A DNA stretch of 64,000 nucleotides from an uncultured Candidatus Actinomarina sp. (GCA_902519845.1 CABYLQ010000005.1:16425-80424), one strand, 5' to 3'. Counted from the stretch's first letter, positions 19,800-29,946 are shown. Made by a program: numbers and translations. Notes: generated by a model from the letters alone, not told the origin.

Positions 19800-20927
19800 T
19801 TAAGGTTTTAATACATTCCACTTTATATCTCCATCGTAAAAATCGTTTATCATAGATAGGGTCCAGATCAGTAGAAGTGTTCCGTGTAGATCAGGCGTAT
19901 TCAAACCTTTGGTAATGCGAAGACCATAATAATAAATTTGGCTTTTGTTTAAATAGTATGTGAAACCACCACTTGGAACATAGTGGGATTTTATAAGATC
20001 TACCATCTCATCAAAGAAAATTTGAATATCATTTTCTCTATATTTTGTCTGACTATTACATTTCCACAGTACATAAACGCTATCAACAACATTACACCCT
20101 TCATTTGAAGGTTTGTTATTTAAACAGAAATCAATTAATTTTTCAGGATACTGTATTTCATTATTCATCCAATCTAACCCGGTAATAATTTTCATAGCTC
20201 CATTAATTATTTCATTATTTGCCGGTTTTTTATCGAGATAATAACCACCAGTTTCTTTATTGTTTATTTTGACAATGTTTTCATTCAATGTTTGAAATAG
20301 ATCAAAAGATTTTTCTTTGTTAATTATTTGTGTATCAATAAATACAGCAAGAGCAGCTACCTGGGCACCAGAAGACCACGGTTTATTCCAATTCAAGTTA
20401 TTAAAGTAATCATTAATCTGATATTTATTAGTTGGAAAATTTGAATAAGGAATTTTATTGCTTTTTTCCAACTGTGCCAAAGTTGATATTGCCTGTTTAC
20501 TTTCTGCTCTTATTGAATTTAACTTTACATCATTATTAGTTAAATATTGTTGACCAAAAAAATTAAAAAACTTCTTGCCATAATCTTTTGTTTTATCTTT
20601 AAAGCTTAGATTTTCAATAGCATGAGTATAATTTTGATCAACGTAAGAACCATCTTGTATTTGAAAAGAGTTTATATAATTTACCCAGTCATTAATTTTT
20701 TGTGTTTCAAACATATCTAACTTATTTAAAATAAAATAAGTTTTTAAAGCGTAACAACTAAATCCAAGATTTATAGATTCTCCTTCTTTAGTCAGTCCTT
20801 CCAATGCAGGAAAAAAAGTAAAGCTTGAATTTTTGTTTAAATTGTCCAAAAAAATTAATGTCGTGTAATCTACTTCTTTCAAAAATTTTGTTAATTTTGT
20901 TGACACATTGCTATTATATAATTGCAA
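19800..20927 (-). CDS. soluble protein with possible alpha/alpha-toroid (prenyltransferase/terpene-cyclase-like) repeats; function unknown
   Basis: 375 aa, TTG start. Recurrent aromatic-Gly repeats QIQDGSYVD, ETGGYYLD and PSGGFTYY are spaced at roughly 100-130 residues. Confidence 0.3.
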   Translation of the reverse strand: MQLYNSNVSTKLTKFLKEVDYTTLIFLDNLNKNSSFTFFPALEGLTKEGESINLGFSCYALKTYFILNKLDMFETQKINDWVNYINSFQIQDGSYVDQNYTHAIENLSFKDKTKDYGKKFFNFFGQQYLTNNDVKLNSIRAESKQAISTLAQLEKSNKIPYSNFPTNKYQINDYFNNLNWNKPWSSGAQVAALAVFIDTQIINKEKSFDLFQTLNENIVKINNKETGGYYLDKKPANNEIINGAMKIITGLDWMNNEIQYPEKLIDFCLNNKPSNEGCNVVDSVYVLWKCNSQTKYRENDIQIFFDEMVDLIKSHYVPSGGFTYYLNKSQIYYYGLRITKGLNTPDLHGTLLLIWTLSMINDFYDGDIKWNVLKP

Positions 20928-21026
20928 AAAAACATAGTAGACTTTTGTTGTTTACAAATTAAATTAACAATACACTTTTAATAATAAAATCTCTAACATG
21001 ATAAAAGTATAAATAAGTAGGTAAAA

Positions 21027-21950
21027 ATTAAAGTATTAGTTGTCGGAAGTAATGGGTTAGTAGGGTCTGCGGTATCGAGAAATCTAGAAAGATCCAAAAA
21101 AGTTTCTGAATTAATAACATCTACAAGAAAAGATACAGACCTATTTTCATTTAACGAAACAAATCAATTAATTACTTCTACAAAACCAGACATAATCATT
21201 ATGTCAGCAGCTAAAGTTGGTGGAATTATGGCAAACAATACACAAAGAACAGAATTTATTATTGAAAATCTTAAAATAAATATGAATATTTTTGAATCAT
21301 GTTTAAAAAACAAGAATATAAGAATAATTAACTTAGGCAGTAGCTGCATTTATCCTTTAGATGCACCAAATCCAATAAAAGAAGAATACTTTATGAATGG
21401 AAAGCTTGAACCAACTAATTCACCGTATGCAATGGCTAAAATAGCTGCAATTGAAATAGGTGATGCTGTTAATAAACAATATGGAAATGAAGTTATAAAC
21501 TTAATGCCAACAAATCTTTATGGACCAAATGATAGATTTTCTGAGAATGATAGTCATGTAATTCCAGGTTTAATTTACAGAATGCACCTTGCAAAAATTA
21601 GAGAAGATGAAACATTTTCAATTTGGGGTACTGGAACCCCATTAAGAGAATTTTTATATGTGGACGATTTAGCAAGAGCTATTGAATTCTTGTTAGATGT
21701 TGAGTGGAGCAACAACATTCTAAATATTGGAAGTAACGATGAGATATCAATAAAAGATTTATCATATCTAATTAAAGAAGTTTTATCATACAATGGAGAA
21801 ATAGTATTTGATAATTCTAAACCTGATGGAAATCCAAGAAAATTATTAGATTCGTCCTTAATAAACAATATGGGGTGGAAAGCTAATGAAAGCCTTAAAT
21901 CTGGTCTTTCTAAAACTTATGATTGGTATTCTAATTCATTGGATGAATGA
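21027..21950 (+). CDS. fcl: GDP-L-fucose synthase (GDP-4-keto-6-deoxy-D-mannose 3,5-epimerase/4-reductase); probable non-canonical ATT start
   Basis: AAKVGGIMANN, LGSSCIYP, EPTNSPYAMAKIA, MPTNLYGPNDRF..SHVIPGL and WGTGTPLREFLYVDDLA track E. coli Fcl closely. The Rossmann segment KVLVVGSNGLVGSAV is encoded in frame upstream of the first ATG (21201), after an in-frame TAG at 21018. Confidence 0.85.
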   Translation: MKVLVVGSNGLVGSAVSRNLERSKKVSELITSTRKDTDLFSFNETNQLITSTKPDIIIMSAAKVGGIMANNTQRTEFIIENLKINMNIFESCLKNKNIRIINLGSSCIYPLDAPNPIKEEYFMNGKLEPTNSPYAMAKIAAIEIGDAVNKQYGNEVINLMPTNLYGPNDRFSENDSHVIPGLIYRMHLAKIREDETFSIWGTGTPLREFLYVDDLARAIEFLLDVEWSNNILNIGSNDEISIKDLSYLIKEVLSYNGEIVFDNSKPDGNPRKLLDSSLINNMGWKANESLKSGLSKTYDWYSNSLDE

Positions 21951-23272
21951 TTTAAATTCATAGATATTAAGTATCCTAAGAAAAAATAAAATATTAATGG
22001 AAACTGAACTCCTTCCATTGCAGGATCAAAACTAGATGTAATCAAAGCAGCAAGAATATAACTTGTAATTCTATAATTTTGGACATTCCTATCTAAATGT
22101 CGAATTATAAGGTAGAAAAAAGAAAGGTATAAGAAAAATTGACCAATTCCACCTCTTGCAAAAATATTCAGAAAATAATTATGTAAATTTTCATTTTTTC
22201 CATCACGTCCTGTTCTTCCAGGTTTATTTGGATCAATCATTGCTGGAATAATTTCATTGTAACCATATCCTTTTATGACAATATCATCCTGAACCATATC
22301 TTGTATCACATCTTGCCATATATCTAGTCGCCAACGAGTTGTAATATCCTGAGAAGTTAGTCTTCCATCTTGTATATAAAAAGATAAGAAGACAGTGTGA
22401 GTGTTTTTGTCTGTAATTAAGGACGTCAAACTATCTACGACTATATTTTCTTCTTCTACTTGAATACTCTCAGCAACTTTTGTGAAGGTAAGGTTTCCGT
22501 AAACATTTAAAGTTGAACTTAAAAAAATAGGTATTGTTAAAAGAGTTATTAATAATGAGTATGTAATATTGTTCAAAATAAATTTTCTAAAATAAATAAT
22601 TTCAAAAACGAAAAATATAAAAGCTGGTAAAAAAGCTCCTCTACTTAAGAAAAGAAGTAAGGGAATCACCAATCCCGATGAAAAAAATAAAAATAAGAAT
22701 TTAATCTTTTCAGAATCGAACAAAATATAAGATAGGATAATTGCAATTAAATAAGTTAATAATATATCTGATCCTTTCAAGAATTGAAACTTATCAGCAT
22801 ATTCTCTAAAAATACCCATTATTATATTTGGATATCTACCAGTTGAAAATAAATAATTTAAGGGAAGAGCTGTTATGAATAGAATCATAATCTTTCTGTT
22901 TATGATCTTATTTTCTGCGGCAAGTTTTCCAAGGAATATAAATCCTACAGTCCAAATATAAGAACTTACTTTATATGTATAAGGTGAAGTTACTAAAGTT
23001 CTGTTTATCAAAATTGACAAAACAAATAATAAGATAAAAAGTTGATGTATCCGAGATAATAATATTTCTTTGTAGAAAAATTTTGGATTTATAAAAGAAT
23101 ATAAAAAGAAAATTATTGATATAAAAAAACCACCAAATATTATCAGTTCGCCAAGTCTTATGCCACCATATTGAAGTCCAATAAATGATCGTCCAAAAAG
23201 CATTGTTGCGAATATTAAAATTGCTGATATATAGGCGATCACTAATGAAGTTTTTTTATTAAATATTGTCAC
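21917..23272 (-). CDS. O-antigen polymerase/ligase-family membrane protein (Wzy_C domain)
   Basis: About 10 TM segments, a large loop with RWRLDIWQD and NENLHNYFLNIFARGGIGQFFLYL, typical of the Wzy_C/O-antigen-ligase motif. Confidence 0.6.
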   Translation of the reverse strand: MTIFNKKTSLVIAYISAILIFATMLFGRSFIGLQYGGIRLGELIIFGGFFISIIFFLYSFINPKFFYKEILLSRIHQLFILLFVLSILINRTLVTSPYTYKVSSYIWTVGFIFLGKLAAENKIINRKIMILFITALPLNYLFSTGRYPNIIMGIFREYADKFQFLKGSDILLTYLIAIILSYILFDSEKIKFLFLFFSSGLVIPLLLFLSRGAFLPAFIFFVFEIIYFRKFILNNITYSLLITLLTIPIFLSSTLNVYGNLTFTKVAESIQVEEENIVVDSLTSLITDKNTHTVFLSFYIQDGRLTSQDITTRWRLDIWQDVIQDMVQDDIVIKGYGYNEIIPAMIDPNKPGRTGRDGKNENLHNYFLNIFARGGIGQFFLYLSFFYLIIRHLDRNVQNYRITSYILAALITSSFDPAMEGVQFPLIFYFFLGYLISMNLNHSSNELEYQS

Positions 23273-23289
23273 AAAAAATATATTAGTAT

Positions 23290-24339
23290 CTAAATAGCTT
23301 TTAAGAACTTTGATTTAATTAAATGATATTTGTATAGAGTTTTATTTCTATTACTAGAAAAATCTCTTCTAGATAAAATTTCTTCTTTTTTTAGTAGATA
23401 TTCATTGAAAAAATTTAAATAATCCTCACACATCTTTGATGAATTGAATCTATAAGATTTTGTTTTATCAACATAATTATCGTAGTTTTCAATAATTTCT
23501 TGTAATTTTATTTCAAAATTATCATCGTTAAATTCAACGCCATAATCTTTACAATATTCTGGAACTCCACCACTATTTAAATATAGAATTGGAAGACCGC
23601 ATTGTGCTGCTTCTATGTGGTGATTACCTGATGGTTCATTTATTGATCCTGTAACGTACAAATGGTTTTTTTTAATTTCATTAGCAAGTTCAATACCAGA
23701 CAGTGGAGGAGTAACGGTAGTATTGTAAAATTTAAATTTTTGAGGAAGATTTCCTATATAATTAAATTCGATTTTGTCTCTCCAGTTCTTATCAATTAAT
23801 AAGTCATCTAATAATTTATAAATTTTAAATCCTTTATTCCAGTTTGCACCCCAATGATGTGTCGTAATTTTAATTTTTTCTTTTTTATTCCATGAAATAA
23901 AGTTTTTATTATTAAATATTTCGCTGTTCGCACCTGCTTTGATAGTTTTTAAAATAGGTGAAACAAGACCTTGATCAAGATATAAGTTCTTAATCCAATC
24001 ACTTACGAAAATTGTTCCATCTGCTACTTTATTTGCATTAATAAGATACTTATTAACATAATTTGTACCTTTTCTTTCATCGCATTCATTTATTCTATGA
24101 AAGACAAGAGATTCATAATTTTCAAACCTTAAATATTTCATTACATCTTGATGATTAAATGCTGAGGATTCAGAAGTTTTTCTTGGTTCAGTGATTAATA
24201 TTATATCAATATCTTTGTCGTATAAATTATGGACAACTTCATGACCCTGTGAAATTAAATAATTTTTTAAATTGATTGCAAAAAGATTTCCTCCACCCCA
24301 AGGTCCGTCTTTAATGTTTGTTCCGATACTAATTTTCAT
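23290..24339 (-). CDS. GT-B fold glycosyltransferase (GT4-like)
   Basis: YVTGSINEPSGNHHIEAAQCGLPILYLNSGGVPEY resembles the E-x7-E region of retaining GT4 enzymes. Confidence 0.5.
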   Translation of the reverse strand: MKISIGTNIKDGPWGGGNLFAINLKNYLISQGHEVVHNLYDKDIDIILITEPRKTSESSAFNHQDVMKYLRFENYESLVFHRINECDERKGTNYVNKYLINANKVADGTIFVSDWIKNLYLDQGLVSPILKTIKAGANSEIFNNKNFISWNKKEKIKITTHHWGANWNKGFKIYKLLDDLLIDKNWRDKIEFNYIGNLPQKFKFYNTTVTPPLSGIELANEIKKNHLYVTGSINEPSGNHHIEAAQCGLPILYLNSGGVPEYCKDYGVEFNDDNFEIKLQEIIENYDNYVDKTKSYRFNSSKMCEDYLNFFNEYLLKKEEILSRRDFSSNRNKTLYKYHLIKSKFLKAI

Positions 24340-25252
24340 ATATTTTTTCTATCAACTTGTTAAATTTGTCAAAACCATCTGGAATCGTGTATTTCAAAGA
24401 CATATTATGTGCAAATTCAACATTTGGTTTTGCTGCTGAAAAACTATCCATTTCAAAGATCGATTCTTTACTTAAAATTTCAGAAGCAATTCCTACATCT
24501 GTTGAAATTATTGGAGTTTTGCATAAAGACGCCTCAACAATTGACTGTGGGCCACCTTCAACTCTAGAAGAAACAATATAAAGATTTAATATATTGTAAA
24601 GTTCATTTAATTCAGAAAATGATACCATTTCAAAATATCTAAAGTTTATTTTATTTTCTTGAAGCTTATTAACTAAATAATTTCTCCTTTTACCAGCTAG
24701 CACAACAACTAAATTTGATTTCTTTTTGTTTAATGACTTGACAATTTCTATAAATCTATCTGGTCCTTTGGATAGTTTAGGCGAAATCATATCATTACCC
24801 TCAGTATCTCTTTGAAACGAGCCAATAAGGTAATCATCCAAGGAAAAATTATATTTCAATCTAAGTTCATCTTTCTTTTCTATATGGAACCATAGGTTAT
24901 TATTTGCCCACCATGGTATTTTTGTTATAGGTTTGTCAACTAGTTTAGAAAGAGCATCTTTTGTTCCTGATGAAATAACATGATATTCATCAACATAAGA
25001 ATCTCTCAAATAAAAATTTTTTTTCACTGAATCTTTAAATTTATCCTCATCAATATGGTGGATTGTACAAAGAACTTTTTTATTTTTAAGATATGTTTTT
25101 GGAATTTTTTCCCAAGTCCAAGGTGACATTAACCAAACTATCTTGGAATTAAATAATGATGATTTATTTGCTTTAGGGTTGTATTCAATCCATTCTTTTT
25201 TTAAACGATCAGCTATCCAATCTTCTTTAGGATTGTTTATATACAGTTTCAT
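24329..25252 (-). CDS. GT4-family glycosyltransferase
   Basis: LYIVSSRVEGGPQSIVEASLCKTPIISTDVGIASEIL. Confidence 0.6.
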   Translation of the reverse strand: MKLYINNPKEDWIADRLKKEWIEYNPKANKSSLFNSKIVWLMSPWTWEKIPKTYLKNKKVLCTIHHIDEDKFKDSVKKNFYLRDSYVDEYHVISSGTKDALSKLVDKPITKIPWWANNNLWFHIEKKDELRLKYNFSLDDYLIGSFQRDTEGNDMISPKLSKGPDRFIEIVKSLNKKKSNLVVVLAGKRRNYLVNKLQENKINFRYFEMVSFSELNELYNILNLYIVSSRVEGGPQSIVEASLCKTPIISTDVGIASEILSKESIFEMDSFSAAKPNVEFAHNMSLKYTIPDGFDKFNKLIEKIYEN

Positions 25253-25944
25253 GATTTATTTGGTATCATTCCTTTTCTTACACAATCAGCATAATAATTT
25301 TGTTCTAAACTAAATTTTTCTGATAAATTATTTTTCATATTTAGTGAATATAGAGGATATTTGATTATTTCAAACTTATAGTTATTTTGAAGCATATCGA
25401 CAAATAATTTGTAATCTTGAGCATAATAAAATTTTTCATCATACAAACCAATATTTAGTAGGCTTGATTTTTTAATTAACAATGTTCCGTGTATAAAAGG
25501 ATTCTTGAATTTAGTAACCAAATGTGGAGAAAAGTAATTTGAAAATCGTGGAATAGTTTTATTTGTCTGTTCATTTTTTGCTCTAGATGTACAAAAATCA
25601 AGATTTTTATCTTCAAGTAAAGTTATTTGTTTTTCTAATCTATCTTTGAAACTTACATCATCAGCATCTTGTCTAGCAATATATTCTCCTTTAGAGTGAT
25701 TAATTAAAATATTTAGTGATTTTGTTAAACCTAAATTTTTTTTATTTTTAAAAACTTTAATTTTATTACTTTCAAAAGTCTCAATTATTTTTTGAGTATC
25801 GTCATTTGACTTATCATTTAGTATTAAAAGTTCAATGTTTTCGTAAGTTTGGCTTAAAATACTTTCAATTGCATTACCAATAGTGTCTTGTGCGTTATAC
25901 ACACTCAAAATTATTGAGACTTTTTTACTTTTATCTTCCATCAA
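25249..25944 (-). CDS. GT2-family glycosyltransferase
   Basis: VSIILSVYNAQDTIGNAIESILSQTYENIELLILNDKSNDDT and ARQDADDVS are canonical GT2 motifs. Confidence 0.85.
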   Translation of the reverse strand: MMEDKSKKVSIILSVYNAQDTIGNAIESILSQTYENIELLILNDKSNDDTQKIIETFESNKIKVFKNKKNLGLTKSLNILINHSKGEYIARQDADDVSFKDRLEKQITLLEDKNLDFCTSRAKNEQTNKTIPRFSNYFSPHLVTKFKNPFIHGTLLIKKSSLLNIGLYDEKFYYAQDYKLFVDMLQNNYKFEIIKYPLYSLNMKNNLSEKFSLEQNYYADCVRKGMIPNKS

Positions 25945-27082
25945 TTATTGATTCAAATCTTTTTAATATATTTTTTTCATTTAAATAACTTAAAGTGTAT
26001 TTATTTGACCTAATACCCTCACTCCATGCTAATTCTTTATTGCTTAATAAATTTATTTTATTTTCTAAATCCTGATAATTAAATTGTTGATACATATATT
26101 TATAGTTTTCAGGAAAGAATTCTTTTATACCTCCCGAATCAGGAAAAATTGAGGGCTTATTGTGGAGAGAGGCTTCATAAAGAAGAGTTGGCTGGCCTTC
26201 ATATAGTTTCGTTGCAGTTATGACCGCAGTAGATTTTTTTATTAGTTCTAAAACATCTTGGTTTGGCATACTGCCTAAAAAACTTATCCTATCACTGCTA
26301 AATTTTGCTTTTAAACTTTTAAAAATGGGACCTTCTCCAACTATTTTTAAAGACAATGTGTCCATTTGAGAATTTAAAAAAGTGGATATTAATTCTTCAA
26401 CACCTTTTTCCTTCGATATCCTTCCTGCATAAAGGATGTAGTCGGAATCATCATAGTTTTCATATTGACTGACTTTGCTTGAATAATTAGGAAATACCCA
26501 AACTTTTTCTGGATTAATACCAATATTTGTTAAATATTTTTTATGAAATTCTGTTAATACAGCAATTGAGATGTTATTTTGTTTTAGTATCTTAAAATAT
26601 TTTTTACCATACCTAATAACGAGTATTGATTTTAAAAAAGATTCTGAAAAATATTTATTAATAAAAATGGTATCGCTCTTATGTAGTCCGCATTTAATAC
26701 AGAAATTATTTTCAGTAATATGTTTATTTATAAAATAAGTCCGTGTACAGTCATACCTAAAATTATGAATTTTTAAGATTGTTTTAATGTTTCGTTTTTT
26801 TATTATTTTAAATAATCCTAGTGACACCTTAAACCATGTGTTGTGAACATAAAGCAAATCGGGTTTAAATGAATCGATTTCATTTAATATTTTCTTATCA
26901 CTAATTAAATTTCTATTTATTATAAATGAAAAAAACTGCCCAATATAATTTATTTCTTTATTACTGAACAAAAGTGTTTTTACAATATAATGTTTTTTCA
27001 ACAATTCAATTTCGTTTTGTACAGCAATATCCTCACCGCCAAGGAATCTATATTTGTTATGGATTACTAATATTTTTTTCAT
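25931..27082 (-). CDS. GT4-family glycosyltransferase
   Basis: LGGEDIAV near the N-terminus, YAGRISKEKGV, and TKLYEGQPTLLYEASLHNKPSIFPDSGG. Confidence 0.7.
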   Translation of the reverse strand: MKKILVIHNKYRFLGGEDIAVQNEIELLKKHYIVKTLLFSNKEINYIGQFFSFIINRNLISDKKILNEIDSFKPDLLYVHNTWFKVSLGLFKIIKKRNIKTILKIHNFRYDCTRTYFINKHITENNFCIKCGLHKSDTIFINKYFSESFLKSILVIRYGKKYFKILKQNNISIAVLTEFHKKYLTNIGINPEKVWVFPNYSSKVSQYENYDDSDYILYAGRISKEKGVEELISTFLNSQMDTLSLKIVGEGPIFKSLKAKFSSDRISFLGSMPNQDVLELIKKSTAVITATKLYEGQPTLLYEASLHNKPSIFPDSGGIKEFFPENYKYMYQQFNYQDLENKINLLSNKELAWSEGIRSNKYTLSYLNEKNILKRFESIIDGR

Positions 27083-27118
27083 ATTTTTAATTAATTTTAT
27101 CCAGTTAATATTATTCCA

Positions 27119-28234
27119 ATGAATATTATTTTAATTTTTACATATGGTGTTTCATTAAAAGATTGGAATGAAACGGGCATACTAAAGAGAGAGCTAGAAA
27201 TCTACAACAAAATGATAGATTTATACGGCGTCAAGTTTACATTCATTACCTACGGCAACAAGGATGATATTAGCTTATTAAATAATAGAAATATAGAAAT
27301 TATTCCAATTTATGAATATATAAAAAAATATAAGAATAAATATCTTAGATTTTTGATGTCATTTATTTTTCCTTTCAGGATAAAAAAAATTTTAATTGAT
27401 AAAAATTTGATTAAGACAAATCAATTAAATGGTGTTTGGACTGGAATTATTTTAAAGAGGTTGCTCAAAATTCCATTGTTTGTTCGAACGGGATATAATT
27501 TATACGAATTCTCTATCTATGAAAACAAATCAAAAATCAAAAAAATTTTTTTCCATCAATTAACAAAAATTGCATTAAAGATGTCCGATTTATATAGTGT
27601 GACATCAAATCAAGATAAGAAGTTTTTAGAAAAAAACTTCAAATTTGATAATGAAATTAAATTAATACCTAATTGGGTAAATAAAATTTCTTATAAAGAT
27701 TTTAATGATCGTCACTGTAATAATTTATTAACTGTTGGACGGATTGAAGACCAAAAAAACTATAAACTTCTAATTGACCAATTGAAAGGAACTAATTACG
27801 AATTAGATTTAATAGGAGATGGATCAAGAAAAAATCAACTAAAAAAATATTCAAAAAAATTAAATTCTAAAGTAAATTTCCTAGGTAAAAAAGCACATGA
27901 AGATTTAATAGAATTTTATAAAAACTACAGAATTTTTATAAGCTCTTCACTTTATGAAGGAAATTCAAAAGTTATTCTTGAGGCAATGGCTAGCGGATGC
28001 GTTGTTGTTGCATTCGACAATAAAAATAATAGGGAAATAATTGACGATGAAAAAAATGGATTTTTATACACCACTGAAAATGAACTAGTTAATAAAATTA
28101 ACAGGATCATTAAAGATGAAAAGTTTTATGATTTCATTAGTAAAAATGCATACGAACAAATTAAGAGTAAAAATCTGTTAAAAAAAATTGTTAATGATGA
28201 GGTTGAATATTACAAATTTTTAATTCAAATTTAA
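27119..28234 (+). CDS. GT4-family glycosyltransferase
   Basis: TVGRIEDQKNY and SSSLYEGNSKVILEAMASGCVVVAFDN (E-x7-E). Confidence 0.8.
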   Translation: MNIILIFTYGVSLKDWNETGILKRELEIYNKMIDLYGVKFTFITYGNKDDISLLNNRNIEIIPIYEYIKKYKNKYLRFLMSFIFPFRIKKILIDKNLIKTNQLNGVWTGIILKRLLKIPLFVRTGYNLYEFSIYENKSKIKKIFFHQLTKIALKMSDLYSVTSNQDKKFLEKNFKFDNEIKLIPNWVNKISYKDFNDRHCNNLLTVGRIEDQKNYKLLIDQLKGTNYELDLIGDGSRKNQLKKYSKKLNSKVNFLGKKAHEDLIEFYKNYRIFISSSLYEGNSKVILEAMASGCVVVAFDNKNNREIIDDEKNGFLYTTENELVNKINRIIKDEKFYDFISKNAYEQIKSKNLLKKIVNDEVEYYKFLIQI

Positions 28235-29833
28235 TCTTCTTTGCGAGTTTTCAAAAACTACATTTATATGCTGATCAAAATTAAAATCTTCTTCGTTATG
28301 TGTTGAATTAATTATCGTTAATTGTTTTTTTTCTAAAATATCAAAAATGAGATCTTTTGTTTGCTTGTCTAAATTTGAAGTAGATTCATCTAAGATCAAA
28401 AGCTCAACATCATTTAATAATGCTCGCATAAATGAAATTTTTTGCATTTGTCCAGATGACAAGTTTTTAATGGAAATAAATTTTTTAAGATCTAACTTTT
28501 CCTCCTCGAATAATGAAAATTTATCAATCAATTTATGCATTTCATTATCAGAAATATCTTTTTTATTTCCATACATAAGATTTTCTCTTAGCGAGCCAGA
28601 AATAATTAGAGGATTTACACCTACATAACCTATCTTGTCTGTATATGTACAAACATTTCCGTGTTGAGGGATATATAGACCTGCAATAAGTCCTAATAAA
28701 GTACTTTTACCGGAACCATTTGGGCCAGTAATTACTGTGTGTGAATTTTTTTTAAAATTAACATTTATATTTGAAAATATATTTTCATCACTTCCAAAAT
28801 ATTTAAAACTTAGCTCCTTAACCTCTACTGCATTTTGCAGGTTTGAATTTATACTAAAAAAATTATTTTTTTCAGGTGATTTATTCTCTTCAATTTTATA
28901 AAGCTCATCTACATGAACACTTGAGTTAACAACTAATGTTAAAGTATTGTTGAAATTTCCTAAGGATTGAAACATCCTTAGGAGGACACCAATAAACTCA
29001 ATTGTGAGGTTTTTAGCAAAATCAAAAAAGGCTAATATCAAAGACAAGAAGAATAAAGTTCCAAAACTTGGCAACATACTATTTAATGCACCAAAAACAT
29101 TATTTTTAATCCAGGCATTTTTATTTTTTTCTAATCTAGTTTGAAATTTATTAAACTCTTCTTTTCTTGTTTCCAGAATTTTAATTAAAAATATATTATC
29201 TAAAACTCTTTGAATGTAAGAATTTATATCTTTTCCAGTGTTGAAAGAAAGATGTTGATAAGATTTTCCTTTTGATAATAGGTACTTTGTAGGAAAAATA
29301 AGAATAACGGCTCCGATTGAAAAGTACAGTACCATTTCAATATCTGAATAAATGAGAAATATAGAGTAGCCAATTATCTGAAGTAAGTTATTTAGGAAAC
29401 CGGATAAGGCTTTGTAAAATGCTGAAACATTTTGAGATACAGTGTTTAAGTAATAATACGCATCAGAAGTTGAATAATTTCCCTTTTTATACATCTCATT
29501 AAGTAAGTGGTACCTTAAATTCTCATTTACTTGCAAACTTAATATTTCCATGTTCATACGGTCAGCAAACATAATAAGATATCTCAGAACAATTATTAAT
29601 GGAATTAAAAATAAGTTATTTTTTATTACTTCCGTTATAAATACAACAATTAAATTATCGTTATCAACCACATTTGTTAGTAATGCTGAAAAAATAACAA
29701 TTATACCTATATCGATTGCGACGATTAAATTAGCAAGTATTACAGATAAAATTATTCTAATTTTTTTATTATTTACGTTTGTAAGTTTAGAGACGTAAAG
29801 TACTCTCTTAGCTACTAATCTAAGATTTTTCAT
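28220..29833 (-). CDS. ABC exporter, fused permease plus ATPase (MsbA/PglK-type)
   Basis: Six N-terminal TM helices, Walker A GPNGSGKST, signature LSSGQMQK and Walker B LLILDEST. Confidence 0.9.
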   Translation of the reverse strand: MKNLRLVAKRVLYVSKLTNVNNKKIRIILSVILANLIVAIDIGIIVIFSALLTNVVDNDNLIVVFITEVIKNNLFLIPLIIVLRYLIMFADRMNMEILSLQVNENLRYHLLNEMYKKGNYSTSDAYYYLNTVSQNVSAFYKALSGFLNNLLQIIGYSIFLIYSDIEMVLYFSIGAVILIFPTKYLLSKGKSYQHLSFNTGKDINSYIQRVLDNIFLIKILETRKEEFNKFQTRLEKNKNAWIKNNVFGALNSMLPSFGTLFFLSLILAFFDFAKNLTIEFIGVLLRMFQSLGNFNNTLTLVVNSSVHVDELYKIEENKSPEKNNFFSINSNLQNAVEVKELSFKYFGSDENIFSNINVNFKKNSHTVITGPNGSGKSTLLGLIAGLYIPQHGNVCTYTDKIGYVGVNPLIISGSLRENLMYGNKKDISDNEMHKLIDKFSLFEEEKLDLKKFISIKNLSSGQMQKISFMRALLNDVELLILDESTSNLDKQTKDLIFDILEKKQLTIINSTHNEEDFNFDQHINVVFENSQRRLNLN

Positions 29834-29946
29834 ATCTATATACTAATTTAACATTCATTTTTATTTTAAAATTAATTGTTCTATTGATTACTTGCATAGA
29901 GTGTTTTTAATTGAATTAAACTAAAGGTAATAATTCAAACACAATT

